DNA of 64,000 nucleotides from NCBI RefSeq assembly GCF_058153355.1, contig NZ_CM177019.1; one strand, 5' to 3'. Shown piece by piece: positions 63,723 to 64,000 of this stretch (position 1 is its first letter; each line of letters starts with the position of its first letter). The notes under the pieces were generated by a model. It saw only the letters and a program-made list of their open reading frames with translations, ran no database searches and was not told where the DNA came from. The position numbers and the translations under genes were made by a program.

Positions 63723-64000
63723 TTAACGACCCGAGACGTCGCATGATGTAATTTTTCCGTAATCACCATTTCAGTGCCCCGCTTAATATCGGCATCATTA
63801 AAAAAAGCGGTAACATAAGCGACCGGCATAGTGACTGTAGGCAAATTAATGGTCGAAATAATCAGTTCGATATTGTCAGGCAAAACCTGTGATAAATTCG
63901 CTGCTGAAATAACATCAACAATCGTCCATTCAGGAAATGCTCGTAGAATACGGCTTTTCAGTAGATGCGAAGTTCCGATTCCGGTTGAACAGACCAGTAA
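63723..64000 (-). CDS. C-terminal part of a PTS-regulated transcriptional activator (PRD/EIIB-like domain; FrzR-like); 5' end beyond the window
   Basis: Minus-strand frame is open to the window edge and translates …LLVCSTGIGTSHLLKSRILRAFPEWTIVDVIS…; absent from the ORF track because no start codon lies inside the window. Coordinates approximate to ±3 bp. Confidence 0.5.

Overview
This window is an Escherichia coli chromosomal segment syntenic with the K-12 lldP-to-yicH region, but with non-K-12 accessory content. From 5' to 3' it carries: the 3' end of a very large, repeat-rich trimeric autotransporter adhesin (UpaG/EhaG-like, YadA-type anchor); an IS110-family IS621-type element sitting in a REP sequence just downstream of the adhesin; lldPRD; trmL, cysE, gpsA, secB, grxC, yibN, gpmI, envC, yibQ, waaH; a second IS621-type copy in a REP between waaH and tdh; tdh-kbl; the LPS core locus hldD-waaFC plus a minus-strand waaQ operon whose gene order matches the R1 core type (waaQ-G-P-O-T-Y-W-V-L); waaA-coaD; mutM, rpmG, rpmB, yicR; coaBC-dut-slmA; pyrE-rph; yicC, dinD, yicG, ligB; the gmk-rpoZ-spoT-trmH-recG operon; gltS; a frameshifted xanP; yicH; and a PTS/aldolase/kinase/cupin island resembling the ExPEC frz operon. 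No rRNA, tRNA or CRISPR array was seen. The most interesting signal is the pair of IS621-type elements. Each has a non-coding left end of about 190 nt (the bridge-RNA locus of IS110 bridge recombinases) that is identical between copies except for a roughly 27-nt block, and that block partly matches each copy's own REP insertion site. The ends also carry a split sigma70 promoter that would only be completed in the excised circle. All gene names are by recognition of conserved E. coli proteins from the translations; nothing was searched against a database.
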